Assembly (NCBI GenBank): GCA_016866995.1 | Contig: VGKQ01000002.1 | Location: 221 to 64,220 of the forward strand | Reading direction: 5' to 3' | Source of the DNA: Candidatus Pacearchaeota archaeon | GTDB taxonomy: Archaea; Nanobdellota; Nanobdellia; Pacearchaeales; GW2011-AR1 | DNA length: 64,000 bases | In this document: one piece after another, positions 1 through 8,550 of the stretch | Numbering within the stretch: the stretch's first letter is position 1 | Layout: every line of letters begins with the position of its first letter | Made by a program: the position numbers and the translations under genes | Notes under the pieces: model-generated | Told to the model about the DNA's origin: nothing | Databases searched by the model: none | Seen by the model: the letters and a program-made list of their open reading frames with translations, nothing else

Positions 1-571
1 AACAATCAATAATATACAAAGTTCTCAGTCTTAACACTAAAGAATAAACAATATTGTCGCTTATTCCCTTTTCCCTAAGTTCTTTTGCAAGAGATATCTC
101 AGCATTAACAACATTCATTGCAGAGTTGGTAGTTTCTATATGAAATCTAAGATTTCTAGAATTCATCTCTATGTTCATATATTTTTTTCTAATGCCCTCA
201 TTAATAATTGTTTTTGCCTCAACAAGCATAGGGATTATAGGGAAAATATTTTTCCTAATGCTGTTCTCAAGGCTTTTTTTAGAAACAAGCATAATTTCAT
301 ACCTTCCTTTTTTTATCTTTTTATTAATATTATCTGTGATAACTAAGATATCCACATCACTATCTATTGTTTGCTCATTTCGCGCATAGCTCCCGACAAT
401 ATATACCCCCAAAATTTGTTTTAAATAATTTTCTTTCAGCAATATTTCAAAAACTTCCATCTCAATGTTTAAAGGCCCAACTATCACTTTGACTTGCAGA
501 TTCAGCCACTTTTTAGGCAGCAAGACTCCTGCAGAATTTCCAACCTTAACAGCATTTTTTATAATTTCCAT
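1..571 (-). CDS. AbrB/SpoVT-like N-terminal domain fused to an MNT-type (Pol-beta superfamily) nucleotidyltransferase; C-terminus runs off the window
   Basis: Not in the ORF track because it is partial. Reverse translation from the ATG at 571-569 gives MEIIKNAVKVGNSAGVLLPKKWL...GVYIVGSYARNEQTIDSDVDILVITD, which carries the GS..R...DxD NTase signature. Paralog of 26321..27070. Confidence 0.7.
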   Translation of the reverse strand, partial: MEIIKNAVKVGNSAGVLLPKKWLNLQVKVIVGPLNIEMEVFEILLKENYLKQILGVYIVGSYARNEQTIDSDVDILVITDNINKKIKKGRYEIMLVSKKSLENSIRKNIFPIIPMLVEAKTIINEGIRKKYMNIEMNSRNLRFHIETTNSAMNVVNAEISLAKELREKGISDNIVYSLVLRLRTLYIIDC

Positions 572-612
572 AGTGTTATAACATGTTATAACTTTATAAA
601 CTTTTCTGTTTC

Positions 613-3204
613 CTAATCACTATTTATCTTCCCCATAACAAGTTTGTGCATTCTCTTCAAAAATTCAATTCTATCCTCCATCTTAATCAAGTCAGAATAT
701 CCTTGTATAATCAATCCAAGTGAAAACGGAGAAGGCAGGCTTGTTGTCTTATATTCAATTTTAATCTTGTTTTCCTCAATCCATCTTAAAACTATCTTCG
801 AATTCTCAATATCCATCAAATCCTCTAACACCTCTCTTCTTGCCTCTTTCAAAATTGGAAATTCTCCTGTAATTCTCTTCACAGCAGTAATCAAAAAATG
901 CGAGCTCATTTGCTGCCTTCCAACACTCTTTTCTCTTCCCTTATACTTTCTCAAAATCATCAAGCTTCTAGTGGCGCAATGCCTAAATCTTCTTTTCAAA
1001 ACTTCTGTCTTCTCAATAGCTTCTTTTAAAATCTCCTCAATATTTTTTGAGTTTAAATGCTTCATTGCCCTTTCTATATCAATCTTCTCTCCAGCCAGAA
1101 AAAAACCATTGTCAGAAATCCCGATTTCAACATCCCTGCTTCCAAGCCTTCCAGCAAGAAAAGCAATTGCTCTAGAGAGTGCATCATTAACTCTGCGCCC
1201 AAATAGCGAGTGAAAAATAACATAATTTTTTTCAGCATAATACTTTTCAACAATAATTTTTTTAATAGATGGAATTCCAATATACTTATATTGCGAATAG
1301 CAATAATCATAAATCTCTCTCGCAACAGAATCAGAAACATGCAAATAACTTGAAATCCACTCTTTAGTTTCCTCTGCAGAATTTTTCCCTAATTTTTCTT
1401 CAATTAATCCTCGAAACCTTCCAATTTCACAAGCCAAATCAAATGACAAAGGCAGCATTTCAGAAGCCCAGCTTGGAATTGTTGGCGGCCTGTTTACAGA
1501 TGACGAGACATAAACATTCATCCCTCTTGTATAAAGATACTGATATCTCGCGCCCCCTAAAACAAAAACATCTCCTGGCTTCATTCTCTCAAGAAATGCT
1601 TCATCTATCACTCCAACTTTCTGTTCTCTTCTCTCTCCTCTTGCAACAACAACATTTACAAAACTCTCTTCAGGAATTGTCCCGATATTTGTCATATATA
1701 TAACTCGGGCAAGTTTCCCCCTTTTGCCAATTTCTCCTGTTTTCTCATCATACCAAATTTTTGCATAAACATTTCTATGTTCAAGCTCATATTCCCCTGC
1801 AAGATATGAGATAACATCTAAAAATTCTTCATATTTTAAGTTAGAATAGCAGTAACTTTTTCTTATAAGAGAAAACATCTCATTAATCTGCCATTTTTTA
1901 TAAATAGCCATGCCATAAATCTGCTGTGAAAGCACATCAAGGCAGTTTTTTGGAATAAAAACCCTGTCAATCTTTCTCTCAATAATCTCTTTTAACATAA
2001 CAGAACACTCAACTAAATCATCTCTGTCTAAAACAAGAAATCTTCCTTTAGCAGTATCATGCAGCTTATGTCCACTCCTACCAATTCGCTGCAGTGAGCG
2101 AGCAGTTGATTTTGGGCTTCCAAGTAAAATTACTAAGTCAACATATCCAATGTCAATTCCTAATTCTAAGCTAGTAGATGAAACAACAACCTTCAACTCT
2201 CCTTTTCTCAGCCTGTTTTCTATATTAAATCTGTGTTCTTTTGAAAGAGAAGAATGATGAGCCCCTATATTTTCAAGATATCTTGCAGGAAACATCTCTT
2301 TCAAATGATGAATTACTCTTTCTGTAGCCGAGCGAGTATTAGTAAAAATTAAAGTTGTTTTATGTTCTTGAATTAACTCATCTATCTTCTTATACATTGA
2401 CTGGTGCATCTCATAAGCAGAACTTTCAATTAAATCAGAAGGAGTTACAATAGAAATATCTGCTTTTTTCCCAGTGTCAACATTTGCAATCAAACAATCT
2501 CTATTCCCAGTTAAAAATCTTGCAATTTCTTCAAGAGGAGCAATAGTCGCGCTCAATCCAATTCGAATTGGAGTTATTTTGCTTATTTCTTCTAATCTCT
2601 CAAGTGAAAGAGACAAATGAACTCCCCTCTTATTTGCTAGAGCATGAATCTCATCAACAATAACATACTCACAAGCCCCAAGTTTTTTGACAAACTTTAT
2701 TGAGTTAAGAACAATCGCGGCTGTTTCAGGAGTTGTAATAAGGATATGCGGCACTTTCTTTAGCATCTTGCTTCTCTCTTCTGCGCTCGTGTCTCCTGTT
2801 CTCAGACTAACTTGAATTTTCTGCAGTTTTATGTTTTTTTTGTTAGCAATTTCCTCAATTTCAGCAAGTGGAGAGAGCAGATTTACAAAAATATCATTGC
2901 TCAATGCTTTGAGTGGAGAAATATAAAGAGCATAAACCTTGTCTTCAAGCTCATTTTTTTCAGCTAAAGTTACAAGATAATTTAAAATTGATAAAAAAGC
3001 AGTTAGTGTCTTTGTCCCTCCTGTAGGAGCAGATATAAGTATGTTTTTTCTTTCCCAAATAGGCATAACCCCATATAGCTGAGGCAGAGAAAAATCTTGA
3101 AATCTGGAAAAAAACCATTCCTTAACAAGAGGATGCAAAACTCCAATTATCTCTTTCTTTTCTCTCAATCTTGCTTGCTTATAAGTTTGTTCTTGTTCTG
3201 TCAT
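613..3204 (-). CDS. lhr: Lhr-type ATP-dependent DEAD/DEAH-box helicase
   Basis: 863 aa. Walker A APTGGTKT, DEIH box, LSAT, QRIGRSGH, and a long C-terminal Lhr-like extension. Confidence 0.85.
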   Translation of the reverse strand: MTEQEQTYKQARLREKKEIIGVLHPLVKEWFFSRFQDFSLPQLYGVMPIWERKNILISAPTGGTKTLTAFLSILNYLVTLAEKNELEDKVYALYISPLKALSNDIFVNLLSPLAEIEEIANKKNIKLQKIQVSLRTGDTSAEERSKMLKKVPHILITTPETAAIVLNSIKFVKKLGACEYVIVDEIHALANKRGVHLSLSLERLEEISKITPIRIGLSATIAPLEEIARFLTGNRDCLIANVDTGKKADISIVTPSDLIESSAYEMHQSMYKKIDELIQEHKTTLIFTNTRSATERVIHHLKEMFPARYLENIGAHHSSLSKEHRFNIENRLRKGELKVVVSSTSLELGIDIGYVDLVILLGSPKSTARSLQRIGRSGHKLHDTAKGRFLVLDRDDLVECSVMLKEIIERKIDRVFIPKNCLDVLSQQIYGMAIYKKWQINEMFSLIRKSYCYSNLKYEEFLDVISYLAGEYELEHRNVYAKIWYDEKTGEIGKRGKLARVIYMTNIGTIPEESFVNVVVARGERREQKVGVIDEAFLERMKPGDVFVLGGARYQYLYTRGMNVYVSSSVNRPPTIPSWASEMLPLSFDLACEIGRFRGLIEEKLGKNSAEETKEWISSYLHVSDSVAREIYDYCYSQYKYIGIPSIKKIIVEKYYAEKNYVIFHSLFGRRVNDALSRAIAFLAGRLGSRDVEIGISDNGFFLAGEKIDIERAMKHLNSKNIEEILKEAIEKTEVLKRRFRHCATRSLMILRKYKGREKSVGRQQMSSHFLITAVKRITGEFPILKEARREVLEDLMDIENSKIVLRWIEENKIKIEYKTTSLPSPFSLGLIIQGYSDLIKMEDRIEFLKRMHKLVMGKINSD

Positions 3205-3270
3205 GTTTTCAAATCAGATTGATTATACTTAAGAACTAGTTAATAAACTTATATTCTAACTTGAAAGTTA

Positions 3271-3498
3271 TTAAATCACCATCAAATCATAATCTAAATC
3301 TAATCTCTCAACACCTTCAACAGGCCCGCCAATTATAATCCTGCTTTTTAAACTTCTTTCCTGCCATTCCCACAAATCAGCAATTGCTTCCTGCTGCTCT
3401 CTTGTCAATCCAAATCCAACAGCCCCAATTCTTCCCCCATATTCATCTTTCTTTTCTTCTTGCTTTTCTTTATAGTCATCCATAATCACTATTAACAA
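3271..3498 (-). CDS. hypothetical small acidic protein
   Basis: 75-aa ORF with no recognisable motif. Confidence 0.4.
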   Translation of the reverse strand: MLIVIMDDYKEKQEEKKDEYGGRIGAVGFGLTREQQEAIADLWEWQERSLKSRIIIGGPVEGVERLDLDYDLMVI

Positions 3499-3515
3499 AC
3501 TAATTATTTAAATAT

Positions 3516-3680
3516 TTATTTAACTGGTAAGTTACATGGTTCTTCTTCGTTAAGAGTATTTAACATACTTATCTTGCTTTTTATTCTTCTAACTTCATTA
3601 CCCTCATCATTATCTTTCTCCTCTTGTAATCGATAATCCCCAATATTTTCCATTTCAGGGTCAAAATCATATTCATTCAT
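3516..3680 (-). CDS. hypothetical small acidic protein (start trimmed to the internal Met)
   Basis: MNEYDFDPEMEN... The upstream part of the track ORF is low-complexity. An AT-rich TATA-like sequence precedes the internal ATG. Confidence 0.3.
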   Translation of the reverse strand: MNEYDFDPEMENIGDYRLQEEKDNDEGNEVRRIKSKISMLNTLNEEEPCNLPVK

Positions 3681-3701
3681 AAATTTCCTCAACAAGAATA
3701 A

Positions 3702-3974
3702 GTATTTAATTATTTCTATGCTAAAAAACATCAATACGAGCCAAAAACATTTATTCTTACCCTTTCCAATGGCAAAAAAACAAGCTATACTCCTGGCTTT
3801 CTTGTGGAAAATGAATGGCATGAACTGAAAGGATGGGAAAATCGTTCAGATATTAAAAAATGGGAGTTATTTCAACTGCAATATCCTAATGAAAAACTAA
3901 TTTTAATAAACAGAGATAAATATAAAAGCATTGAAAAATTGTATAAATTTATCATTCCTAACTGGGAGTTTTAA
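3702..3974 (+). pseudogene. start-less remnant of a PD-(D/E)XK nuclease (DUF1064/TnsA-N-like pattern)
   Basis: Open frame from the stop at 3699-3701 to the TAA at 3972-3974 with no ATG/GTG/TTG. It encodes ...YTPGFLVENEWHELKGWENR..., which resembles the YTPDF...E.KG core with the Asp replaced by Gly. Confidence 0.35.
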
Positions 3975-3975
3975 A

Positions 3976-4245
3976 ATGGTAAGAATATCAGAAGAAAAGA
4001 AAAATAGAATTAAATCAAACATACTTGCTCTTCTTTATGAACACTTTCCAAAATCTTTTTTTACAGCAGAAATCAGCAGAGAAATTGCAAGGGATGAAGA
4101 ATTTATCAAGCAGTTGATGCACGAGCTCCAGGATAAAAAGCTCGTGAATTGCATACGAAAAAACCCACAAGGAGCAACATATTCAAGAAGATGCCGCTGG
4201 ATGCTCTCAACAAAAGCCTATGATGCTTACAAACTCGCTATTTAA
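3976..4245 (+). CDS. small putative wHTH DNA-binding protein
   Basis: MVRISEEKKNRIKSNILALLYEHFPKSFFTAEISREIARDEEFIKQLMHELQDKKLV. Start trimmed to the ATG at 3976. Confidence 0.5.
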   Translation: MVRISEEKKNRIKSNILALLYEHFPKSFFTAEISREIARDEEFIKQLMHELQDKKLVNCIRKNPQGATYSRRCRWMLSTKAYDAYKLAI

Positions 4246-4595
4246 GAACAAATGACAATTTTTCTGCCTGCTCTCTTCAAAAATGTCCCACTTATATATT
4301 CTACTCCTATTTCTAAATTTCTTATCAATTTTTTTGCAATTCTTATTGCTTCTTTCTTGCTTCCAATTAAAGGTTCATGAATTCCCAATCCGCCACATCC
4401 TTGAAAACTATAATTAACCTCATACATTCCCTTTTCATCACAATAAACCATTACCTTAACTCTTCTTTGCAAATCTTTTTTTCCAAATTCCATAGCATTT
4501 GCTATTTCAGAATAAACCAATCTGCCAATTGGCTTGCCTCTCTTTCCTGCACTCAATAATACTGCTTCTATACTCAAACCTTCATCTTCAGACAT
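4242..4595 (-). CDS. hypothetical protein
   Basis: 117-aa ORF with non-host-like composition. Confidence 0.5.
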   Translation of the reverse strand: MSEDEGLSIEAVLLSAGKRGKPIGRLVYSEIANAMEFGKKDLQRRVKVMVYCDEKGMYEVNYSFQGCGGLGIHEPLIGSKKEAIRIAKKLIRNLEIGVEYISGTFLKRAGRKIVICS

Positions 4596-4679
4596 AAAAT
4601 TCTTAATTATAAGATATATTTAAACATTTATATGATTCAATAAGCAAATCTATTTAAAACCCTGTTAATTAAGAAAAAA

Positions 4680-5528
4680 ATGAATGAAACAATAAAAGAG
4701 GCATTTCAAAAAGTAAAACAAGATATTTTCTCTTTAGGAGAAGAGCTTTCAAGTTTAAAGCTGGAAATAAATGAAATTAAAACCGAAATACAGATTATTT
4801 CTCGATTTATAGATGATTTCAGGTTAGCTTCCATATCTAAAGAAAAACAAGAGAATAAACCAGAAAAAGAAATACAGGAAAATCAAAAAAATAATATCTC
4901 AGAACTAATTTCCAGTTTTAAAGAGCTTTCTTTACAAATATCTAGTTTAAAAAAAGAAATTGAATCTTTAAAACATATTTCAGAACAAAATCAAGCAATT
5001 CCAACAATCCAACACGTAAATTCCAACACATATCAGACTCCAACAGACATTCCAACACTTCCAAGCGAAATAAAGGGGTTATTAAGCCCTATTAAGCCAA
5101 GTTCCATAGGAAATAAAGGGGTTCCAACAGACAGACAGACAAACCAACAGACAAACCAACACATAATTTTATCGTCGATAAAAGCCCCTGAGAATAATTT
5201 AGAAAAAGCCCCTGAAATTCTAGCCAGTTTAGATAAGTTAAAGAAAGAAGTTCGCTTTAAATTTAAAAGATTAACAAGCCAGGAAATGCAGGTTTTCTCT
5301 ATTTTATATAGTCTTGAAGATTCAGGAGAGAATGTAGACTACAAGCTGCTCTCAGAAAAACTCAATTTAAGTGAATCTTCTATACGGGATTATATTGGAA
5401 AAATACAGAAAAAAGGTATCCCAATTACTAAAGAAAAACTTAATAATAAGCGCATTATTCTTCATATTTCACAAGAATTAAGAAAAATAGCAAGTTTAAA
5501 CACAATTCTCCAGTTAAGAGAAATTTAA
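4680..5528 (+). CDS. coiled-coil protein with low-complexity Q/T/N linker and C-terminal wHTH
   Basis: N-terminal heptad-like region, PTDRQTNQQTNQ repeat, C-terminal LTSQEMQVFSILYSLE...LSESSIRDYIGKIQKKG. Confidence 0.6.
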   Translation: MNETIKEAFQKVKQDIFSLGEELSSLKLEINEIKTEIQIISRFIDDFRLASISKEKQENKPEKEIQENQKNNISELISSFKELSLQISSLKKEIESLKHISEQNQAIPTIQHVNSNTYQTPTDIPTLPSEIKGLLSPIKPSSIGNKGVPTDRQTNQQTNQHIILSSIKAPENNLEKAPEILASLDKLKKEVRFKFKRLTSQEMQVFSILYSLEDSGENVDYKLLSEKLNLSESSIRDYIGKIQKKGIPITKEKLNNKRIILHISQELRKIASLNTILQLREI

Positions 5529-5898
5529 TTAATATTAAGATTATATTAAGTTCTATTAAGCCTGTTTTTTATGTTTATAAGCCCTATTAAATCAAATTAT
5601 CAATAAATTTAATAAAATCGGCATAACGAATAAATAAAGCTATTGCTAACCACTTTTTTCTTTCTCTAAGCCCTAAAAACCTTATTTTTGCTTGTTTTAA
5701 GGCTTATTAATTTTTTAGCCAGATCCCTCACTTTTAATATGTTTAAAATATTAATTCTCTCTCTTTTCCCTCTTGCATTATCTTTTCCCAGGATTTTTCA
5801 CATGTTTTCTGCATTTTTTAACTCTCACTTTTCCACTTTTTTTGATTATAAAGTTCGCTTTAAGTATAAATTAAAACAAAATATCATAAAAAATTCGT

Positions 5899-6528
5899 TT
5901 AATCCTCTATTTCCTCCTTTTTCCTTCCCTTACTAGCCCTCACTTTTCCTGTTTTTAGCATTATTTCCTTTATTTCTTCAGGTATAAAGACTCTCTTCTT
6001 CCCATTTGCCTCTATTATTTCCTCAATTAATCCTTCACTTTTCTGCCTGATTGAATTTATCTGTCCCCTCACAGTAGCTCTGCTTTTTCCAAGCATCGCA
6101 GCCAAATCATCATAACTTAATTTCATATCTGTATTTAACAAGACATAAACCATTGCTCTTTCCATTGTTGATAGATTATTTAAAATAGCTCTGCCACCTG
6201 TTTGAACAGCTGTTTGAACAGCATCTTGAACACCTTGAACAGCTGTTTGTTTACGCCTGGCTGTTTGCTGCTGTTTAAACACCCTGCTGGAAACAGAGCC
6301 CTGCATAAAAGCCACAGTGTTTTTTATTCCTTCCAAATCAGTTTCTATCGACGATAATCTTTCATCCATCTCAATAAGTTTATAATCTAGCTTAGAATCC
6401 TGTTCATCCAGGTGTTTAATCCACTTACTGAGGTTGTTTATGTCCTCTTTCACAATAGAGAAGGATTTTCTTGTCTCCTCTTTTATCTCAATCACTTCTT
6501 TTTTCTTCCCAAAAAGCCATTCAAACAT
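5899..6528 (-). CDS. coiled-coil protein with Q/T/V low-complexity linker and C-terminal wHTH (paralogous architecture to 4680..5528)
   Basis: Start trimmed to MFEWLFGKKKE. A TATA-like tttaaata at 6551-6558 lies about 25 nt upstream. C-terminal LSTMERAMVYVLL...LGKSRATVRGQINSIRQK. Confidence 0.6.
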   Translation of the reverse strand: MFEWLFGKKKEVIEIKEETRKSFSIVKEDINNLSKWIKHLDEQDSKLDYKLIEMDERLSSIETDLEGIKNTVAFMQGSVSSRVFKQQQTARRKQTAVQGVQDAVQTAVQTGGRAILNNLSTMERAMVYVLLNTDMKLSYDDLAAMLGKSRATVRGQINSIRQKSEGLIEEIIEANGKKRVFIPEEIKEIMLKTGKVRASKGRKKEEIED

Positions 6529-6655
6529 AAAAATATAACAGAAAAGCACATATTTAAACCTTTTCCCCGCAAACATATTTCCGACGATAAATTAACAGAT
6601 TTCAAGCAAAATTTCCTTAACTTTAGATGATTTCCAACACATCAAAAAATAGTCA

Positions 6656-6728
6656 TTTAAACAGCCTTTAAACAGCTTTAAACACCGAAAAATATGAATA
6701 AACACCTGTTTAAACACCCTTAAACACT
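6656..6728. promoter_or_regulatory. phased array of six (T)TTAAACA(C/G)C repeats, including the palindrome TGTTTAAACA
   Basis: Repeat starts at 6656, 6667, 6677, 6697, 6708 and 6719, a spacing of about 10-11 bp. Lies upstream of the wHTH gene 5899..6528. Confidence 0.6.
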
Positions 6729-7028
6729 CATTTATCGACGATAAAATTGCAGTAAGTTTTAGCCCAATAAACAGCTCAAAAACACCCAAAATCAGAGAAA
6801 AATCACTTAAGAAAACCATCAAAATTGCACTAATTTTCATAAAAAAATAACAAGCTTTATATACTTATTTTGCCTTAAAGATTCATAAAAGGTTGGAGGA
6901 TTATGATTCAATTAAAAAAATCAAAAGTCTAGAAAATTTATGTTTCTCCTAGCCAGGCCTCTATCCAGCTAAAATAAGATTAATTTAGGCACTACAAATC
7001 TTTTTATACTCCTATTTCTTATAAATTT

Positions 7029-7310
7029 ATGCGCAAAATTCACAAGATAAAAAAGATGAAAAAGATTCTGCTTGTAGCTTCTTTAAAATTCAAAAAAGAA
7101 TTTAAGAGGCAGTTGAGGCTGGCAATTGCAGCTGCAATCGGCTTTCTCATTGCTTTTGCCTGGAAAGATTTTATCTTCAAGCTTGTGCAAGATTCTGTCG
7201 CAGATATCTCAACTTTTACAGAAATTCACTTTATTGGAATTGCCTCTTCATTAATTATAACAATTTTAGGAGTAATTCTAATTATAATAAGCTCAAGATT
7301 TCTCGAATAG
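7029..7310 (+). CDS. small membrane protein
   Basis: 93 aa with two predicted TM stretches (AAAIGFLIAFAW, IGIASSLIITILGVILIII). Confidence 0.5.
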   Translation: MRKIHKIKKMKKILLVASLKFKKEFKRQLRLAIAAAIGFLIAFAWKDFIFKLVQDSVADISTFTEIHFIGIASSLIITILGVILIIISSRFLE

Positions 7311-7486
7311 CAGCAAGTTTTAGTTTATTTTTACTAATTTTACACAATTTAACCGAACTTTCCCCCTAAATTAAAAATTAGTTCTATTAATATGTGAGCG
7401 CGAAGCGCGAACGCGCTCGACATTAAGTTTTAATCTTTGTTTTTTATCACAATAATGCTTAAATAGATGAGAAAAGTTAGAAAAAC

Positions 7487-7918
7487 ATGCCAGAAAGAAC
7501 AGCATTAGATCAAATAAAAGGGATATTAGAAGGAAATATCTATGAATTAAAAGAGGGCTTAGATAGATACTTAGATAGATATCTTCTTGTTGGAGTAAAC
7601 CCTAAATTTTCCCGAGATTCACATCCACTTTATCCTATTCAAGTTGTTAATTTAACTTGTGTTTCACGAGTTAATCATGGTTTTGATGATTCAGCAACTT
7701 GTCCTTTGCAAGTAGCTAATTTTGTAATTCTAGAATCACTAATTCCGATTTCCCCTCGCGATTTGACTCCTGATGAAGCTCAAGTTCTAGCTTTTTATAA
7801 GATGAGGCAAAAAGAATCTCAATTAGCTCAAACAGCCCCAACACAAAACCCAACACAAAAAGAAGAGGGAGTTTATCATGACATGATTGATGATGCAGGA
7901 GATTACAAGCACGATTAA
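7487..7918 (+). CDS. hypothetical protein
   Basis: 143-aa ORF. TATA-like gcttaaatag about 30 nt upstream. Confidence 0.5.
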   Translation: MPERTALDQIKGILEGNIYELKEGLDRYLDRYLLVGVNPKFSRDSHPLYPIQVVNLTCVSRVNHGFDDSATCPLQVANFVILESLIPISPRDLTPDEAQVLAFYKMRQKESQLAQTAPTQNPTQKEEGVYHDMIDDAGDYKHD

Positions 7919-7920
7919 CA

Positions 7921-7956
7921 AGCTAAAACTTATAAGCAAAAACCTAAGGTTTTTGC
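7921..7956 (+). repeat. 36-nt repeat containing a perfect 9-bp hairpin GCAAAAACC-TAA-GGTTTTTGC (copy 1)
   Basis: 35/36 identical to 8447..8482. Starts 3 nt after the stop of 7487..7918. Confidence 0.85.
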
Positions 7957-8010
7957 ATGTATATTCTCAAGTAGAATAATGCTTATATATTTGTAGATAT
8001 TAATCTGCTC

Positions 8011-8313
8011 ATGGCAATTAAAAAAATAGAATTCCTTGAAGACAAAGTGGTAATTCATCAGCATTTCAATCAGCCAAGTGGCTGGCCAAATGATTCCACA
8101 GAAGAGATTTCTTATGATAATATTTCAAAATTACCTCTCCTTCCAGCCGGAATGAGTGGTGAAGAGGTTTTTGTACCAAAGTATAATCAAACAATGGTTT
8201 TAGTTGTCAAGACTACAAGAGAACCAGACACTTCTGATGGTTGCATATCTCATTACTATGATTTTTACTTAAAACCCCAACCAAGAAACATGCTTAAAGA
8301 TTCCCAGTCATAG
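8011..8313 (+). CDS. hypothetical protein
   Basis: 100-aa ORF. TATA-like gcttatatat about 30 nt upstream. Confidence 0.5.
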   Translation: MAIKKIEFLEDKVVIHQHFNQPSGWPNDSTEEISYDNISKLPLLPAGMSGEEVFVPKYNQTMVLVVKTTREPDTSDGCISHYYDFYLKPQPRNMLKDSQS

Positions 8314-8446
8314 TTCATTTTCAATCAAAATCAATCAAAAGAAAAAAACAAAAACCCAAATACAAAAATTTAATTGAAGATGATGACCCAGACCAGCCAG
8401 GGGGAAGGCCTGGCGGAACAGCTACCCTACATTTTGGATAAAATAA

Positions 8447-8482
8447 AGCTAAAACTTATAAGCAAAAACCGAAGGTTTTTGC
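8447..8482 (+). repeat. 36-nt hairpin repeat (copy 2)
   Basis: agctaaaacttataagcaaaaaccGaaggtttttgc. The single difference falls in the loop. Confidence 0.85.
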
Positions 8483-8550
8483 CCCCATAATTTGTCTAAA
8501 AAATTATAAAAGAGTTAAAAATTGCTCTCTTGTGAGTTTAGATTGTCTAA

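Noticed and set aside
644-3204. Track ORFs 644..1213 (+), 1074..1340 (-) and 1443..1703 (+) inside the Lhr helicase gene. Similar antisense or off-frame ORFs lie inside other long genes, for example 14224..14469, 15659..15939, 20394..20582, 34580..35250, 35261..35776, 41450..42202, 42465..42872, 47820..48764, 49509..50492, 56490..56780, 59116..59594 and 60044..62692.
   Set aside because: They overlap genes with strong motif support. Their translations are low-complexity (S/F/L/I-rich), typical of shadow ORFs in AT-rich DNA.
5688-6840. Track ORFs 5688..5936 (+), 6412..6630 (+) and 6592..6840 (-), and the ATCGNCGAT words at 5173, 6346, 6735 and 18014.
   Set aside because: The ORFs lie in repeat-rich spacers or antisense to the wHTH gene and have implausible composition. 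The ATCGNCGAT copies at 5173 and 6346 are explained by a shared L-S-S-I coding motif, so I did not treat them as a DNA-level signal.
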